In this document: positions 49,353 to 60,239 of the stretch, one piece after another
Position numbering within the stretch: position 1 is the stretch's first letter
Layout: the number at the start of each line of letters is the position of its first letter
Assembly (NCBI GenBank): GCA_947491985.1
Contig: CANLLR010000010.1
Coordinates: 4,920 to 68,919, forward strand
Direction of reading: 5' to 3'
DNA length: 64,000 nucleotides
Origin: Flavobacteriaceae bacterium
GTDB lineage: Bacteria > Bacteroidota > Bacteroidia > Flavobacteriales > Flavobacteriaceae
Position numbers and translations under genes: made by a program
Notes under the pieces: generated by a model
Told to the model about the DNA's origin: nothing
What the model saw: the letters and a program-made list of their open reading frames with translations, nothing else
Databases searched by the model: none

Positions 49353-51281
49353 ATGAATAAATTTCCACGGTTTAACGAATATAAAATACTGTTTTACAGA
49401 ATAGGTTTGGCCTATATCTTTTATATGTTAGCGCGCATTTTGTTTTACATTTACAATGAGAATTTGATTAAAATAGATAGTGTTGTCGACTTTGCGAAGT
49501 TGTGCTATCACGGACTAGCATTCGATACTACTACTATTTTGTATGCCAATGCTTTATTTATAGTTTTATCGGTTCTTCCGATGCTAATTACAACAAAGAA
49601 AGGTTTCCAGAAGTTTTTATTCTATTTGTATTTCACCACTAATTTGTTGGCGTATGTTGCCAATTTTATCGATTTTATTTATTACAAATACACTTTTAAT
49701 CGCAGTACAAGAGCTTCTTTAGATACTATAGAGAACGAACAAAACAAAGGCGCTTTGTTTGCTAACTTTTTAGTCAATTATTGGCATGTGTTTTTCTTAT
49801 TCTTTTTAATTGCTTTTATTTGGATTTTTCTCTACAGAAAAGTTAAAATTAAACAACATGATGCTAAGCCTACACTAAAATACTTTCTAACATCTACCGT
49901 AGGTTTATTGCTTATCGCCACCTTGTGTGTAGGTGGAATTCGCGGCGATTTTAGAAAAAGTACACGACCAATTAATTTACTGGATGCCAGTCGATTTGTT
50001 AGTAACGCTTCACAAGCCGATTTTGTTTTGAATACACCTTTTGCTATCATTAGAACATGGAATGCCAATACTTTTCAAAAGATTAAATTTGTTGATAGTG
50101 ATGTAATTGATTCGTTAATTATTCCAATAAAACACTATAAAAATAATCCGAAAACGAAACCTAATATAGTTATTTTTATATTGGAAAGTTATGCTAAAGA
50201 ATACATTAGTTCATTCAATAAAGAGATGAAAATACCCAATTACAAAGGATATTCACCATTTATTGATTCGCTGGCACAGCACAGTATGATTTATACAAAT
50301 GGGTATGCAAATGGGTATAAATCAATTCACGGAATGTCGTCTGTAATTGCTGGAATTCCTTCGTTTAAAAATGCCTTTACATCATCACCTTACCCGAATC
50401 AAAAAATAGAATCGTTGGTATCCGTTTTAAAAAGTGAAGGCTATGATACTTCTTTTTTTCACGGTGCGCCAAACGGTTCAATGGGTTTTTTAGGTTTCGG
50501 AAATATTTTGGGATATAATCATTATTATGGAAAAACGGAATATAATAACGATGCCGATTTTGATGGTGTTTGGGGGATTTGGGATGAGCCTTTTTTTCAA
50601 TATTTCAATCAAACACTGTCTCAAAAAAAACAACCTTTTATGGCGACGTTATTTTCAGTTTCTTCGCACGAACCCTATATTTTACCTTTACAATACGAGG
50701 GTAAATTCCCGAAAGGTGATAACCCTATGCATCAATGTGTTGGATATACTGATTATGCTTTGAAACAATTTTTCAAATCAGCCAAAAAGCAGTCGTGGTA
50801 TGAAAACACTATATTTGTATTGGTTGCAGATCATGACAACCTGATTTATTATGAAGACTATGGTAAAGATCAGAATTTGCATACGGTGCCCATTTTGTTT
50901 TTTTCTCCCTCAAAAAAATATATAGGTACCAATAACGACTGGGCACAACAGATTGATATTTTTCCAACTTTGTTAGACATGATTGGTTATGATAAACCTT
51001 TTAGAAGTTGGGGAAGAAGTTTGATTAATGAAAAGAAAGTGCCTCCTTTTGTAATGCGATATTCATCGGATAAATACCAAATGATGAGTGGCAATTATAT
51101 ATGTACCTTTGATGGTGAAAAGGCAGATGGTTTTTATGTTAAGTCGGATAAAGATTTGAAAAATAATTTAATTGGTCAGCGCAATGCCGAAATGAATTTG
51201 TTAGAATTGCGATGTAAAGCGTTTTTACAAGATTATATGCAACGTATAATTGACAGAAAATTAACATCTGAAATAAAATGA
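49353..51281 (+). CDS. LTA synthase family (sulfatase-fold) membrane protein
   Basis: About 5 N-terminal TMs; NIVIFILES, SSHEPY, ADH, QIDIFPT. Confidence 0.88.
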   Translation: MNKFPRFNEYKILFYRIGLAYIFYMLARILFYIYNENLIKIDSVVDFAKLCYHGLAFDTTTILYANALFIVLSVLPMLITTKKGFQKFLFYLYFTTNLLAYVANFIDFIYYKYTFNRSTRASLDTIENEQNKGALFANFLVNYWHVFFLFFLIAFIWIFLYRKVKIKQHDAKPTLKYFLTSTVGLLLIATLCVGGIRGDFRKSTRPINLLDASRFVSNASQADFVLNTPFAIIRTWNANTFQKIKFVDSDVIDSLIIPIKHYKNNPKTKPNIVIFILESYAKEYISSFNKEMKIPNYKGYSPFIDSLAQHSMIYTNGYANGYKSIHGMSSVIAGIPSFKNAFTSSPYPNQKIESLVSVLKSEGYDTSFFHGAPNGSMGFLGFGNILGYNHYYGKTEYNNDADFDGVWGIWDEPFFQYFNQTLSQKKQPFMATLFSVSSHEPYILPLQYEGKFPKGDNPMHQCVGYTDYALKQFFKSAKKQSWYENTIFVLVADHDNLIYYEDYGKDQNLHTVPILFFSPSKKYIGTNNDWAQQIDIFPTLLDMIGYDKPFRSWGRSLINEKKVPPFVMRYSSDKYQMMSGNYICTFDGEKADGFYVKSDKDLKNNLIGQRNAEMNLLELRCKAFLQDYMQRIIDRKLTSEIK

Positions 51282-51865
51282 GTACAAAAAAGAAAATTTT
51301 AAGTTTAATTGTTTTGGTTGTTTTGATTGGAGTAGGGAAGTATGTTTACGACATGCACATCAACCACAACTTTGAAACGATTACAGAGAATAAAGTCTAC
51401 AAAAGCGGAGTAATTCCACCTAATGAGATTGCCGATTATGTCAAAGAATACAACATAAAAAGTATAGTTGATTTGCGTTTTCCGGGCACAGGTGATGATG
51501 AAAACAATCCTGAAATTCCAGCAGAATTGACCGCCGAAAAAGTCGCTGTTTTGAAAATTCAAGGAGTTAATTATTTTAATAATGGTTCTGATCAGGTTCC
51601 GGCGCAGAAAAATTTAGACTATTTTTTCTCGATTATGGACAACCCAGACAACTATCCGGTTTTGTTGCATTGTTATCACGGTGTTGGTCGCGCTGAGATG
51701 TATTCGGCCATTTATCGCATCGAATATGAAAATATGGATCGCGATGAAGCAAGAACATCTACTCGATTTTTAACCAAATGGAGTTCGTTTGATTTAGGAA
51801 AACCGAAAGGCGATTTTTTGCATACTTATGAAAGCAGAAAAACGTTAACAGAAAAAAGCAAATAA
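51278..51865 (+). CDS. Membrane-anchored dual-specificity/tyrosine phosphatase family protein
   Basis: HCYHGVGRA (HCx5R), IKSIVDLR; N-terminal TM; ATGA overlap with the upstream gene. Confidence 0.88.
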   Translation: MSTKKKILSLIVLVVLIGVGKYVYDMHINHNFETITENKVYKSGVIPPNEIADYVKEYNIKSIVDLRFPGTGDDENNPEIPAELTAEKVAVLKIQGVNYFNNGSDQVPAQKNLDYFFSIMDNPDNYPVLLHCYHGVGRAEMYSAIYRIEYENMDRDEARTSTRFLTKWSSFDLGKPKGDFLHTYESRKTLTEKSK

Positions 51866-51953
51866 TCTTAATACATAGAAGTTTAAAACCATTAAGAAAT
51901 TGCGATTTAATTCTAAATTTCTCAATGGATTATTTTTACAGAAGTATTATCAA

Positions 51954-54900
51954 TTATTTATTCTCAATCCACAATCTCGCATTCACAAAGGCTTCAATCC
52001 AAGGTGACACTTCATCAGTATTTCCTTTCGGATAATGTGCCCAATTCCAAGGAAAAGTAGAACGTTCAATGTGAGGCATCATTACCAAATGGCGACCCGT
52101 TGTATCGCACAACATGGCAGTGTTGTAATCGGAACCATTTGGATTGGCAGGATAGCCTTCATACCCATATTTGGCTACAATATTGTACTGATTTTCATCA
52201 TAAGGCAATTTGAATTTTCCTTCTCCATGCGACACCCAAACGCCTAACGTTGTTCCTGCTAGAGTCGATAACATGACCGAATGATTTTCTTGTACTTTTA
52301 CGGAAGTAAAAATACTTTCGTGTTTGTGCGAATCGTTGTGTAGCATTTTTCCGTGAATTTCATGCTCTGGATTGACCAATTCTAATTCCATAAGCAACTG
52401 ACAACCGTTGCAAATTCCAACCGATACCGTATCGTTGCGTTGAAAGAAATTTTTCAAAGCAGTATTTGCTTTTTCGTTGTATTTAAAAGCACCCGCCCAA
52501 CCTTTGGCTGAACCCAAAACATCCGAGTTAGAGAAGCCTCCAACAGCACCAATAAACTGAATGTCTTCAAGGGTTTCACGTCCTGTAATTAAATCGGTCA
52601 TGTGTACGTCTTTGACATCAAATCCGGCTAAATACATGGCATTGGCCATTTCACGTTCAGAGTTGCTTCCTTTTTCACGAATAATGGCTGCTTTCGGACG
52701 TGGTTTGGAATGGTCAATAACAGGTTTTAATCCGTTAAAATGCGCTGGAAACACGTATTGTAAAGGTTGATTTTTAAAGTTATCAAATCGTTCTTTTGCC
52801 TTGTTGTTTTTGGTTTGTTTTTGGTCGAGTAGGAACGAGGTTTTGAACCAAGTGTCTCTGTAATTTTGAATTTTGAATTGTAAATTTTGAATTGTTAGTT
52901 GTCCCGAATTTTCAACAGTTCCAATTTTAGAAAAACTTACGTTGTTTGTATTTAATGTTTTTTCAAATATTGCATCGTCTTTTGCTTGAAGAACTAGTCC
53001 AATATTTTCTGAAAATAAAATCTTCACTAAATCTTTTTCTTCAAATGAATCAAACGAAATTTTCGCACCCAAATTCACATCGGCAAAACACATTTCCAAA
53101 AGAGTGGTAATTAAACCGCCACTTCCGATATCGTGTCCGGCAACAATTTGATTGTCTTTTATCGCATTTTGAATGGCATTAAAAGCGTTTTTAAAGAATG
53201 CGGAATCTTTGATAGTTGGCGTTTCCGATCCAATTTTCTTCAAGGTTTGCGCAAACGAGCTTCCGCCCAACTTAAAATTATCTTGTGATAAATTGATGTA
53301 ATAAATTGAACCGCCATTGCGTTGCAATACGGGTTCTACTACTTTAGTTATGTCGTTGCAATTTCCTGCTGCTGAAATAATTACCGTTCCTGGAGCGATA
53401 ACTTCACCATCGGCATATTTTTGTTTCATCGAGAGTGAATCTTTTCCGGTTGGAATATTGATTCCCAATTCGATGGCAAAATCCGAACAAGCTTCAACAG
53501 CTTCATACAATCGTGCATCTTCACCTTCGTTTTTACAAGCCCACATCCAGTTGGCAGAAAGCGAAACACTTTTTAAATTATCTTTTAAAGGAGCAAAAAC
53601 GATATTAGATAACGCTTCAGCAATTGCATTTCTACTACCCGCTTTTGGATCTATCAATGCCGAAATTGGCGCATGACCAATAGAAGTTGCAATTCCTTCT
53701 TTTCCGTTATAGTCTAAAGCCATCACACCCACATTGTTTAATGGTAATTGCAATGGTCCAACACATTGTTGTTTGGCCACTTTTCCACCAACGCAACGGT
53801 CGACTTTATTGGTTAGCCAATCTTTACAAGCTACGGCTTCGAGTTGTAAAACGTTCTCTAAATAAGTCGGAATATTTTCTTGAGAATACTCTAAATCTGC
53901 ATAATTTCTGGAGATGGTTTTGTCAGCCATAATGGTTTTTGGTGAACTACCAAACATATCTTCCAAAGCAAAATCCATGGGTTTTTCGCCGGTTGTTTTG
54001 CTTTCAAATGTAAATCGATGATCATTTGTAACATCGCCTACTTGGTACATTGGCGAACGTTCTCTATCGGCAATTCGCTGTAAAGTGTCAATGTCTTTTT
54101 GACCAATTACTAATCCCATGCGTTCTTGACTTTCGTTTCCGATGATTTCCTTTGCGGATAAGGTTGGATCTCCCACAGGCAATTTATCCAAATCGATTAA
54201 TCCACCAGTAGCTTCGACCAACTCGGACAAGCAATTTAAGTGTCCACCAGCTCCGTGATCGTGAATGGATACAATTGGATTCACGTCGCTTTCTACCAAT
54301 CCACGAATGGCGTTGGCTGCTCTTTTTTGCATTTCAGGATTGGAACGTTGAATGGCATTTAATTCAATTCCAGAACCAAAAGCACCTGTATTTGCTGATG
54401 AAACCGCAGCGCCACCCATTCCGATTCGGTAGTTTTCACCCCCCAGAATTACGATTTTATCGCCCGGTTGCGGTTCGTGTTTTTGTGCTTGAGATGCTTT
54501 TCCGTAACCAATTCCACCCGCTTGCATAATGACTTTGTCGTAGCCCAATTTTCGGGCTTGTGATGCGCTTGATGCATCTTCTTCTTCATGTTCAAAGGTT
54601 AATAAAGAACCTGTAATTAAAGGTTGTCCGAATTTATTGCCGAAATCAGAAGCACCATTAGACGCTTTTATCAAAATGTCTAATGGCGTTTGATACAACC
54701 ATTTTCGTGCTGTGAATCCCAATTGGTTTTCTTGTAAACGTGAATATGCGGTCATGTAAACGGCAGTTCCCGCCAAAGGCAACGAACCTTGTCCACCCGC
54801 TAATCGGTCGCGAATTTCACCACCAGAACCTGTTGCTGCTCCGTTAAACGGTTCGACAGTAGTTGGAAAATTATGGGTTTCAGCTTTTAATGAAATGACC

Positions 54901-55619
54901 GAATCAAATTGTTTTTTTGTGTAAAAATCAGGTTTATCAGCTGTGTTTGGTGCAAATTGCTCTACCGTTGGACCTTTTATAAAAGCTACGTTGTCTTTGT
55001 AAGCTGATACAATATCGTTGTGATTTTCTGCAGATGTTTTCTTAATCATTTTGAACAACGACAGTTCTTTTTCTTCGCCGTCAATGATAAAAGTGCCGTT
55101 AAAAATTTTATGACGACAGTGCTCTGAATTGACTTGTGAGAACCCAAAAACCTCTGAATCAGTTAGTTTTCGGTTCAGTTTTTTAGCTAAATTTTCTAGA
55201 TAATCTACTTCTTCGTGACTCAAAGCTAAACCTTCTTGTTCGTTGTAGGTAGCGATGTCTTCAATTTCGAGAATCGATTCCGGTTGCATGTTTATCGTAA
55301 AAAGAGTTTGGTGCAGTTCGTTGTATTTTTGAAATAACATCGGATCAAAATCGGTAAAATCAGCCGACACTTTTTCAAATTCTTCAATTCGAATGACGCC
55401 TTCGATGCCCATGTTTTGGGTTATTTCAACTGCATTGGTGCTCCAAGGTGTTACCATTGCGGCACGTGGACCAACAAAAAAATCCGTGAGAACGGATTTA
55501 TCTATTTTGTATGCATTACCAAATAACCAATTTAATTTTGAGATGGTTGCTGCTGCTAGTTCGTTTTGCGCTTGAACAGCAAAGACAGTGGTTGTTTCGT
55601 TGCCGAAAAAATGAATCAT
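51954..55619 (-). CDS. purL: Phosphoribosylformylglycinamidine synthase (large type)
   Basis: NSEHCRHKIF, KAETHNFPT, GICNGCQ, SHGEG, MPHIER; start moved to ATG 55619. Confidence 0.97.
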   Translation of the reverse strand: MIHFFGNETTTVFAVQAQNELAAATISKLNWLFGNAYKIDKSVLTDFFVGPRAAMVTPWSTNAVEITQNMGIEGVIRIEEFEKVSADFTDFDPMLFQKYNELHQTLFTINMQPESILEIEDIATYNEQEGLALSHEEVDYLENLAKKLNRKLTDSEVFGFSQVNSEHCRHKIFNGTFIIDGEEKELSLFKMIKKTSAENHNDIVSAYKDNVAFIKGPTVEQFAPNTADKPDFYTKKQFDSVISLKAETHNFPTTVEPFNGAATGSGGEIRDRLAGGQGSLPLAGTAVYMTAYSRLQENQLGFTARKWLYQTPLDILIKASNGASDFGNKFGQPLITGSLLTFEHEEEDASSASQARKLGYDKVIMQAGGIGYGKASQAQKHEPQPGDKIVILGGENYRIGMGGAAVSSANTGAFGSGIELNAIQRSNPEMQKRAANAIRGLVESDVNPIVSIHDHGAGGHLNCLSELVEATGGLIDLDKLPVGDPTLSAKEIIGNESQERMGLVIGQKDIDTLQRIADRERSPMYQVGDVTNDHRFTFESKTTGEKPMDFALEDMFGSSPKTIMADKTISRNYADLEYSQENIPTYLENVLQLEAVACKDWLTNKVDRCVGGKVAKQQCVGPLQLPLNNVGVMALDYNGKEGIATSIGHAPISALIDPKAGSRNAIAEALSNIVFAPLKDNLKSVSLSANWMWACKNEGEDARLYEAVEACSDFAIELGINIPTGKDSLSMKQKYADGEVIAPGTVIISAAGNCNDITKVVEPVLQRNGGSIYYINLSQDNFKLGGSSFAQTLKKIGSETPTIKDSAFFKNAFNAIQNAIKDNQIVAGHDIGSGGLITTLLEMCFADVNLGAKISFDSFEEKDLVKILFSENIGLVLQAKDDAIFEKTLNTNNVSFSKIGTVENSGQLTIQNLQFKIQNYRDTWFKTSFLLDQKQTKNNKAKERFDNFKNQPLQYVFPAHFNGLKPVIDHSKPRPKAAIIREKGSNSEREMANAMYLAGFDVKDVHMTDLITGRETLEDIQFIGAVGGFSNSDVLGSAKGWAGAFKYNEKANTALKNFFQRNDTVSVGICNGCQLLMELELVNPEHEIHGKMLHNDSHKHESIFTSVKVQENHSVMLSTLAGTTLGVWVSHGEGKFKLPYDENQYNIVAKYGYEGYPANPNGSDYNTAMLCDTTGRHLVMMPHIERSTFPWNWAHYPKGNTDEVSPWIEAFVNARLWIENK

Positions 55620-55772
55620 TGTGATGTTATTTTTGTTTTGCAAATTTAGTTTAAAATGTGGAAATACAAAAATGAGTTGTCAATAGTTTTTAACGGTTTT
55701 TAGACAATTTGTACTATATAAACGCATGTGACGAAAAATAAATATACTTTTGGGATTCAAAAAATTCTAATC

Positions 55773-58436
55773 ATGAAAAGTAATTATTTTTTAATAATTG
55801 GATTGTTTATTAGTGCATTGGTAAATGCGCAGATAATTAATTTTCCAGATCCAGCATTTAAGGCTAGATTATTAGCGGCAAACAGCTGGAACCACGTGGC
55901 AGAGAATGCTGCTGGGATTAGCGTTGTAATCGACACGAATAATGATGGTAACATACAGATTAGCGAAGCACTTTTAATAGTTAAAATGGACGTATACAAC
56001 GGTGGTTACATTCAAAGTATTGTAGGTGTTGAATATTTTACCAATCTTATTTTCCTTAATTGTTCTCAAAATGGAATCGCTTCTATAAATGTTAGTCAAT
56101 TGTCTGGACTAAAAACCTTGATTTGCGATCACAATCAGGCGTTAACCTTGCTGAATATAAGTGGGTTATTTCAGTTGGAAGAATTAAATGTATCGCAATG
56201 TAGTTTGACTTCCTTGAACCTAAATGGACTTAGTTCCATACAAAAAATAAACTGTGATTTGAATAATCTCACAACACTTGATTTGAGTTCATTAACTAAT
56301 CTAATTGAGGTTAATTGCAATAATAACCTTTTAACTTCAATTAATACTAATGGTTTGCCTAATCTCAAAATGTTTGGATGTAGTAGTAATCAATTGATGT
56401 CTTTTGATTTTACTAACCTAACAGCACTTGAAGAACTAGGTATAAGTAACAATGTTAATTTATCAAGTATCAATGTTTCAGGAATGCAGACATTGAAGCG
56501 TCTCGAATGCAATGGTTGCCAACTTACTACATTAGCGTTAAGTGGTTTGCCAAATTTGGTTTATTTGAATTGTGGGAATAATTTATTTCAGACATTAAAT
56601 TTATCGAATTTGACCAGCCTTACTACTCTTGATTGTAGTTTTAATCAATTGACATCTCTTGAATTTGGAAATTTAAACGGGTTAACCTCACTTGAATGTT
56701 CGGTTAATCAACTTTCCAATCTAAATATAGAAAATATGATTAATATGGTCAATCTCAGATGTTCAAACAACTTACTAGAGCAATTGGATGTTTCATTATT
56801 TGAACAACTGAATATGCTTCTTTGTTCATCTAATCAATTACAGAATCTTGATTGCAGTAGGAATCCAAATTTGCAATTTCTTGAATGCCAATATAACCAA
56901 CTTGAATTCCTAAATATAAAAAACGGAAATTCAGTAGGTTGTAATTTTTTTGGTAACCCAACTTTAGAATATCTCTGTGTTGATGAAGAGCAAAGTGCAA
57001 GTTTACAACTTTTGGTACTTATTAGTTACCAATATACAAATATGACTAATTGTGTAGTAGGTGATTATTGTTCATTTACACCAGGTGGACGTTATTACAC
57101 AATCCAAGGAAATCAAAAAATTGATTCCAATATAAATGGTTGTGATGGTAATGATGCAATATTTCCAAATTTAAATATGAATATAACAGATGGAACTATT
57201 TCAGGAAATGTAATTTCTGATACTTCGGGTAATTATTCAATTTTTGTTGGACAAGGCATACATACTATTACACCAATTCTTGAAAACCCAACTTATTTCA
57301 ATATTTCTCCTACTAGTATTCAAGTTGCATTTCCAGATGTGATTAGTCCAAATATTCAAAATTTTTGTATTACACCCAATGGGATTCACAATGATTTAGA
57401 AGTGGTCATTGTTCCTTTAATTCCTGCTAGACCAGGTTTTGATGCTACATATAAAATCGTATATAAAAACAAGGGAAACACAACAATGTCAGGTTCAGTG
57501 TCGTTTAATTTTGAGGATAATAAAATGGATTTTGTTTCATCAGCACCAATTTATACAATACAATCAACAAATCAGTTGATTTATGATTACACTAATTTGG
57601 CACCTTTTGAATCAAGGGAAATTATTATTACAATTAATATTAACTCCCCAATCGAAACACCAGCAGTGAATATTGGAGACCAATTAAATTTTACAGCTAC
57701 TATAAATCCGATAACAGGAGATGAGTTTTTATCGGACAATGTTTCAAGTTTAAAACAAATTGTTGTTGGTTCTTATGATCCAAACGATAAAACTTGCATT
57801 GAGGGAACTATTGTTGGACCTTCTGTAATTGGTCAATACGTTCATTACGTGATTCGTTTTGAAAACACAGGAACTTTTGCTGCTGAAAATGTTGTGGTAA
57901 AAGATATGATTGATTTGAACAAATTTGATCTCAACACACTTATACCTATTAGCAGTAGCCATGCTTTTGTAACCCGAATCGCTTCTGATGGAAAAGTCGA
58001 GTTTATTTTCGAAGGCATCAACCTGCCTTTTAACGACGCCAATAATGATGGTTATGTTGCAATTAAAATCAAGACAAAATCAAATTTGGCAGTAGGTGAT
58101 ACATTTAGTAATAACGCCAGCATCTTTTTTGATTATAATTTTCCGATAGTTACCAATATAGCCACTACAACTATTCAGGCATTGGGTACTAACGATTTTG
58201 AATTTACTACTTATTTTACATTGCACCCAAATCCAGCAAAGGGAGTTGTGACAATTTTAGCTAAAAAAGAGGTGTATATTTCTTCCCTTAGCATTTACAA
58301 TACCCTTGGGCAATTGATTTTGGCAGAAGCAAATCCAAATAGCACTATTGATATTTCCGCTTTAAAAACAGGTAATTATTTTATAAAAATTGTTTCAGAT
58401 AAAGGAATGACAACCACAAAATTACTTAAACATTAG
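55773..58436 (+). CDS. Leucine-rich-repeat protein with T9SS type A sorting domain
   Basis: Signal peptide; many LxxLxCxxNxLxxL repeats; GSYDPNDK, YxIRFENTG; CTD LHPNPA...IYNTLGQ...GNYFIKI. Confidence 0.9.
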   Translation: MKSNYFLIIGLFISALVNAQIINFPDPAFKARLLAANSWNHVAENAAGISVVIDTNNDGNIQISEALLIVKMDVYNGGYIQSIVGVEYFTNLIFLNCSQNGIASINVSQLSGLKTLICDHNQALTLLNISGLFQLEELNVSQCSLTSLNLNGLSSIQKINCDLNNLTTLDLSSLTNLIEVNCNNNLLTSINTNGLPNLKMFGCSSNQLMSFDFTNLTALEELGISNNVNLSSINVSGMQTLKRLECNGCQLTTLALSGLPNLVYLNCGNNLFQTLNLSNLTSLTTLDCSFNQLTSLEFGNLNGLTSLECSVNQLSNLNIENMINMVNLRCSNNLLEQLDVSLFEQLNMLLCSSNQLQNLDCSRNPNLQFLECQYNQLEFLNIKNGNSVGCNFFGNPTLEYLCVDEEQSASLQLLVLISYQYTNMTNCVVGDYCSFTPGGRYYTIQGNQKIDSNINGCDGNDAIFPNLNMNITDGTISGNVISDTSGNYSIFVGQGIHTITPILENPTYFNISPTSIQVAFPDVISPNIQNFCITPNGIHNDLEVVIVPLIPARPGFDATYKIVYKNKGNTTMSGSVSFNFEDNKMDFVSSAPIYTIQSTNQLIYDYTNLAPFESREIIITININSPIETPAVNIGDQLNFTATINPITGDEFLSDNVSSLKQIVVGSYDPNDKTCIEGTIVGPSVIGQYVHYVIRFENTGTFAAENVVVKDMIDLNKFDLNTLIPISSSHAFVTRIASDGKVEFIFEGINLPFNDANNDGYVAIKIKTKSNLAVGDTFSNNASIFFDYNFPIVTNIATTTIQALGTNDFEFTTYFTLHPNPAKGVVTILAKKEVYISSLSIYNTLGQLILAEANPNSTIDISALKTGNYFIKIVSDKGMTTTKLLKH

Positions 58437-58496
58437 TATCAAAAAAAAAAGGTTCCAACTATAAATTGAAACCTTTTTTATTGATTTATATTCTTA

Positions 58497-60098
58497 CTAT
58501 GGCACAAACTGATAGGCTCCCAAATCGGTTGAAGTGGTTCTACTTCTATTCAATATATCAAACGGAAACAATCCTGTAGCAGTAGCATCGAAGGGCAAAT
58601 TCAAATCTTCTGTCAACCACAATTGGTTGTTGTTAACATCTTCAAATTTGGGTTTGTTTATCACCGAATTAGTTGCAATGCTACAATTTACATAACGAAC
58701 CGGATCAGAACTAAACTGGTAGAGCGGATTATTGGTAAACTGATTATTGATGTTATTAAACTTTATCAAGCAATGGTTGAATTTATAATTGAATGCAGCA
58801 CCACCTTGGGTAACTTTATCCAAAATCATTTCTACTTGATTGCTTCCATAAATGATGCAATTGTTGAAGTTGGCTTGAGTCAGGTCGGAAACATAAATAG
58901 TGTCTTCTGTTTCAAAAGAGTTGGTGAGTAAAACAGCAACTTGGTTCGAACTCGGCCAAGTATTATTGAAGGTACAATGTGTAAAATTGTAACTTCCTCC
59001 AAAAGTCCCAGCAAAATTAGCTTGTCCGCTATAGTTAATAACCAAATTACTTCCAGTAACTTCTGATTTTCGTCCTAAGATTCCCAAATTCGAACTGTTG
59101 TATATCTGTGAATTTTTAATAGTTAATTTAGGAAAATCAGTAGTGTTAGTAGTGGTTGCTAAATTACCAATTAGCAATCCAACAGTAGCATTTTTTAACG
59201 TAAGATGATTGATTTCATTGGTCGATAAGGTCGAATAATTTATAATCGCGCCCCATTGTCCTGGAACATCAGCATAAAGTGGTTCCAATCGATCGCCTTC
59301 AAAAATGACTTCGTTTTCCAAAGCATCGGTTGTCGATTGTGCTCCATTGATTTTTAATTCGGCATTTTTTCCAATAATCAATCCTGAATTAGCATGAAAA
59401 TGGACACGCACGCCAGGGTTTACTGTTAATGTTTTTCCGTTGGGTACAAATGCATAACCATAAATTACATAGGGTTTCGAATTGTTCCAAATAAATTCAT
59501 TTCCGTTTACGGGATCAAATTCGTCTAAATTACTTCCTACAGCAACCACGTTTTGATTGTCATCATTTACACCTAAACTGATGGTTTCATATAAAAATTC
59601 ATTATTTACTTCGCTTCTTTGCGGATAAATAAAATACGCATCTTGTATCAACGTCACCAAATCAACATCTTGTGGAGCGCCACTAATATTGGTGAATTCA
59701 ATCTTATCAGTATATAAAAAATCGGTGGGATTAACACTTGCTACATCGGCAGTGACTTCAATAAAAACAAACAAACTGTCGTTGGCTAAAAGTTCTACAT
59801 TGCTAAAAATTTTACCTTGGGCTCCAGCATCTCCAGTCATTCCGTCAACCATGATGCGGTATTTTGATGCAGTTCCTTTGGCTAATCGGACTTGAGGAAT
59901 GGAAATGTCTTTATCACTTCGGTTGTAGACTTTTAATCGATACGTACTTGAACCAATGTTGGTAAATACAGTGTCTAAATAAACGGTATCGCGAGAAAAT
60001 TCTAATCCACCTGTGCTAGGTTCAAATTCAAAATCATTCCGACATGAAGATACTAAAACGAGTATTCCGGTTAAAAGTAAAAGGACTAATTTACGCAT
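58497..60098 (-). CDS. Lipoprotein of unknown function (beta-helix-like C-terminus)
   Basis: Lipobox LVSSC; FSRDTVYLDTVF, PGQWG. Confidence 0.8.
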   Translation of the reverse strand: MRKLVLLLLTGILVLVSSCRNDFEFEPSTGGLEFSRDTVYLDTVFTNIGSSTYRLKVYNRSDKDISIPQVRLAKGTASKYRIMVDGMTGDAGAQGKIFSNVELLANDSLFVFIEVTADVASVNPTDFLYTDKIEFTNISGAPQDVDLVTLIQDAYFIYPQRSEVNNEFLYETISLGVNDDNQNVVAVGSNLDEFDPVNGNEFIWNNSKPYVIYGYAFVPNGKTLTVNPGVRVHFHANSGLIIGKNAELKINGAQSTTDALENEVIFEGDRLEPLYADVPGQWGAIINYSTLSTNEINHLTLKNATVGLLIGNLATTTNTTDFPKLTIKNSQIYNSSNLGILGRKSEVTGSNLVINYSGQANFAGTFGGSYNFTHCTFNNTWPSSNQVAVLLTNSFETEDTIYVSDLTQANFNNCIIYGSNQVEMILDKVTQGGAAFNYKFNHCLIKFNNINNQFTNNPLYQFSSDPVRYVNCSIATNSVINKPKFEDVNNNQLWLTEDLNLPFDATATGLFPFDILNRSRTTSTDLGAYQFVP

Positions 60099-60239
60099 GT
60101 ATGTAGCTTTTTTGGTAAAAGTATAAAAATTTGTGGTTTGCCATTGTTTTAGAAACGAAAAAAATAAAGTAATATTTTATCATTATTGGTATAAGTCTTA
60201 TTCTTTCTTTTAAAAATTGGTATTTTTACAAAAAAAATA

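Noticed and set aside
54553..54582. Short DASSASQA segment in PurL as a REP-derived insertion
   Set aside because: No clear palindrome in the DNA; cannot be supported without an alignment.
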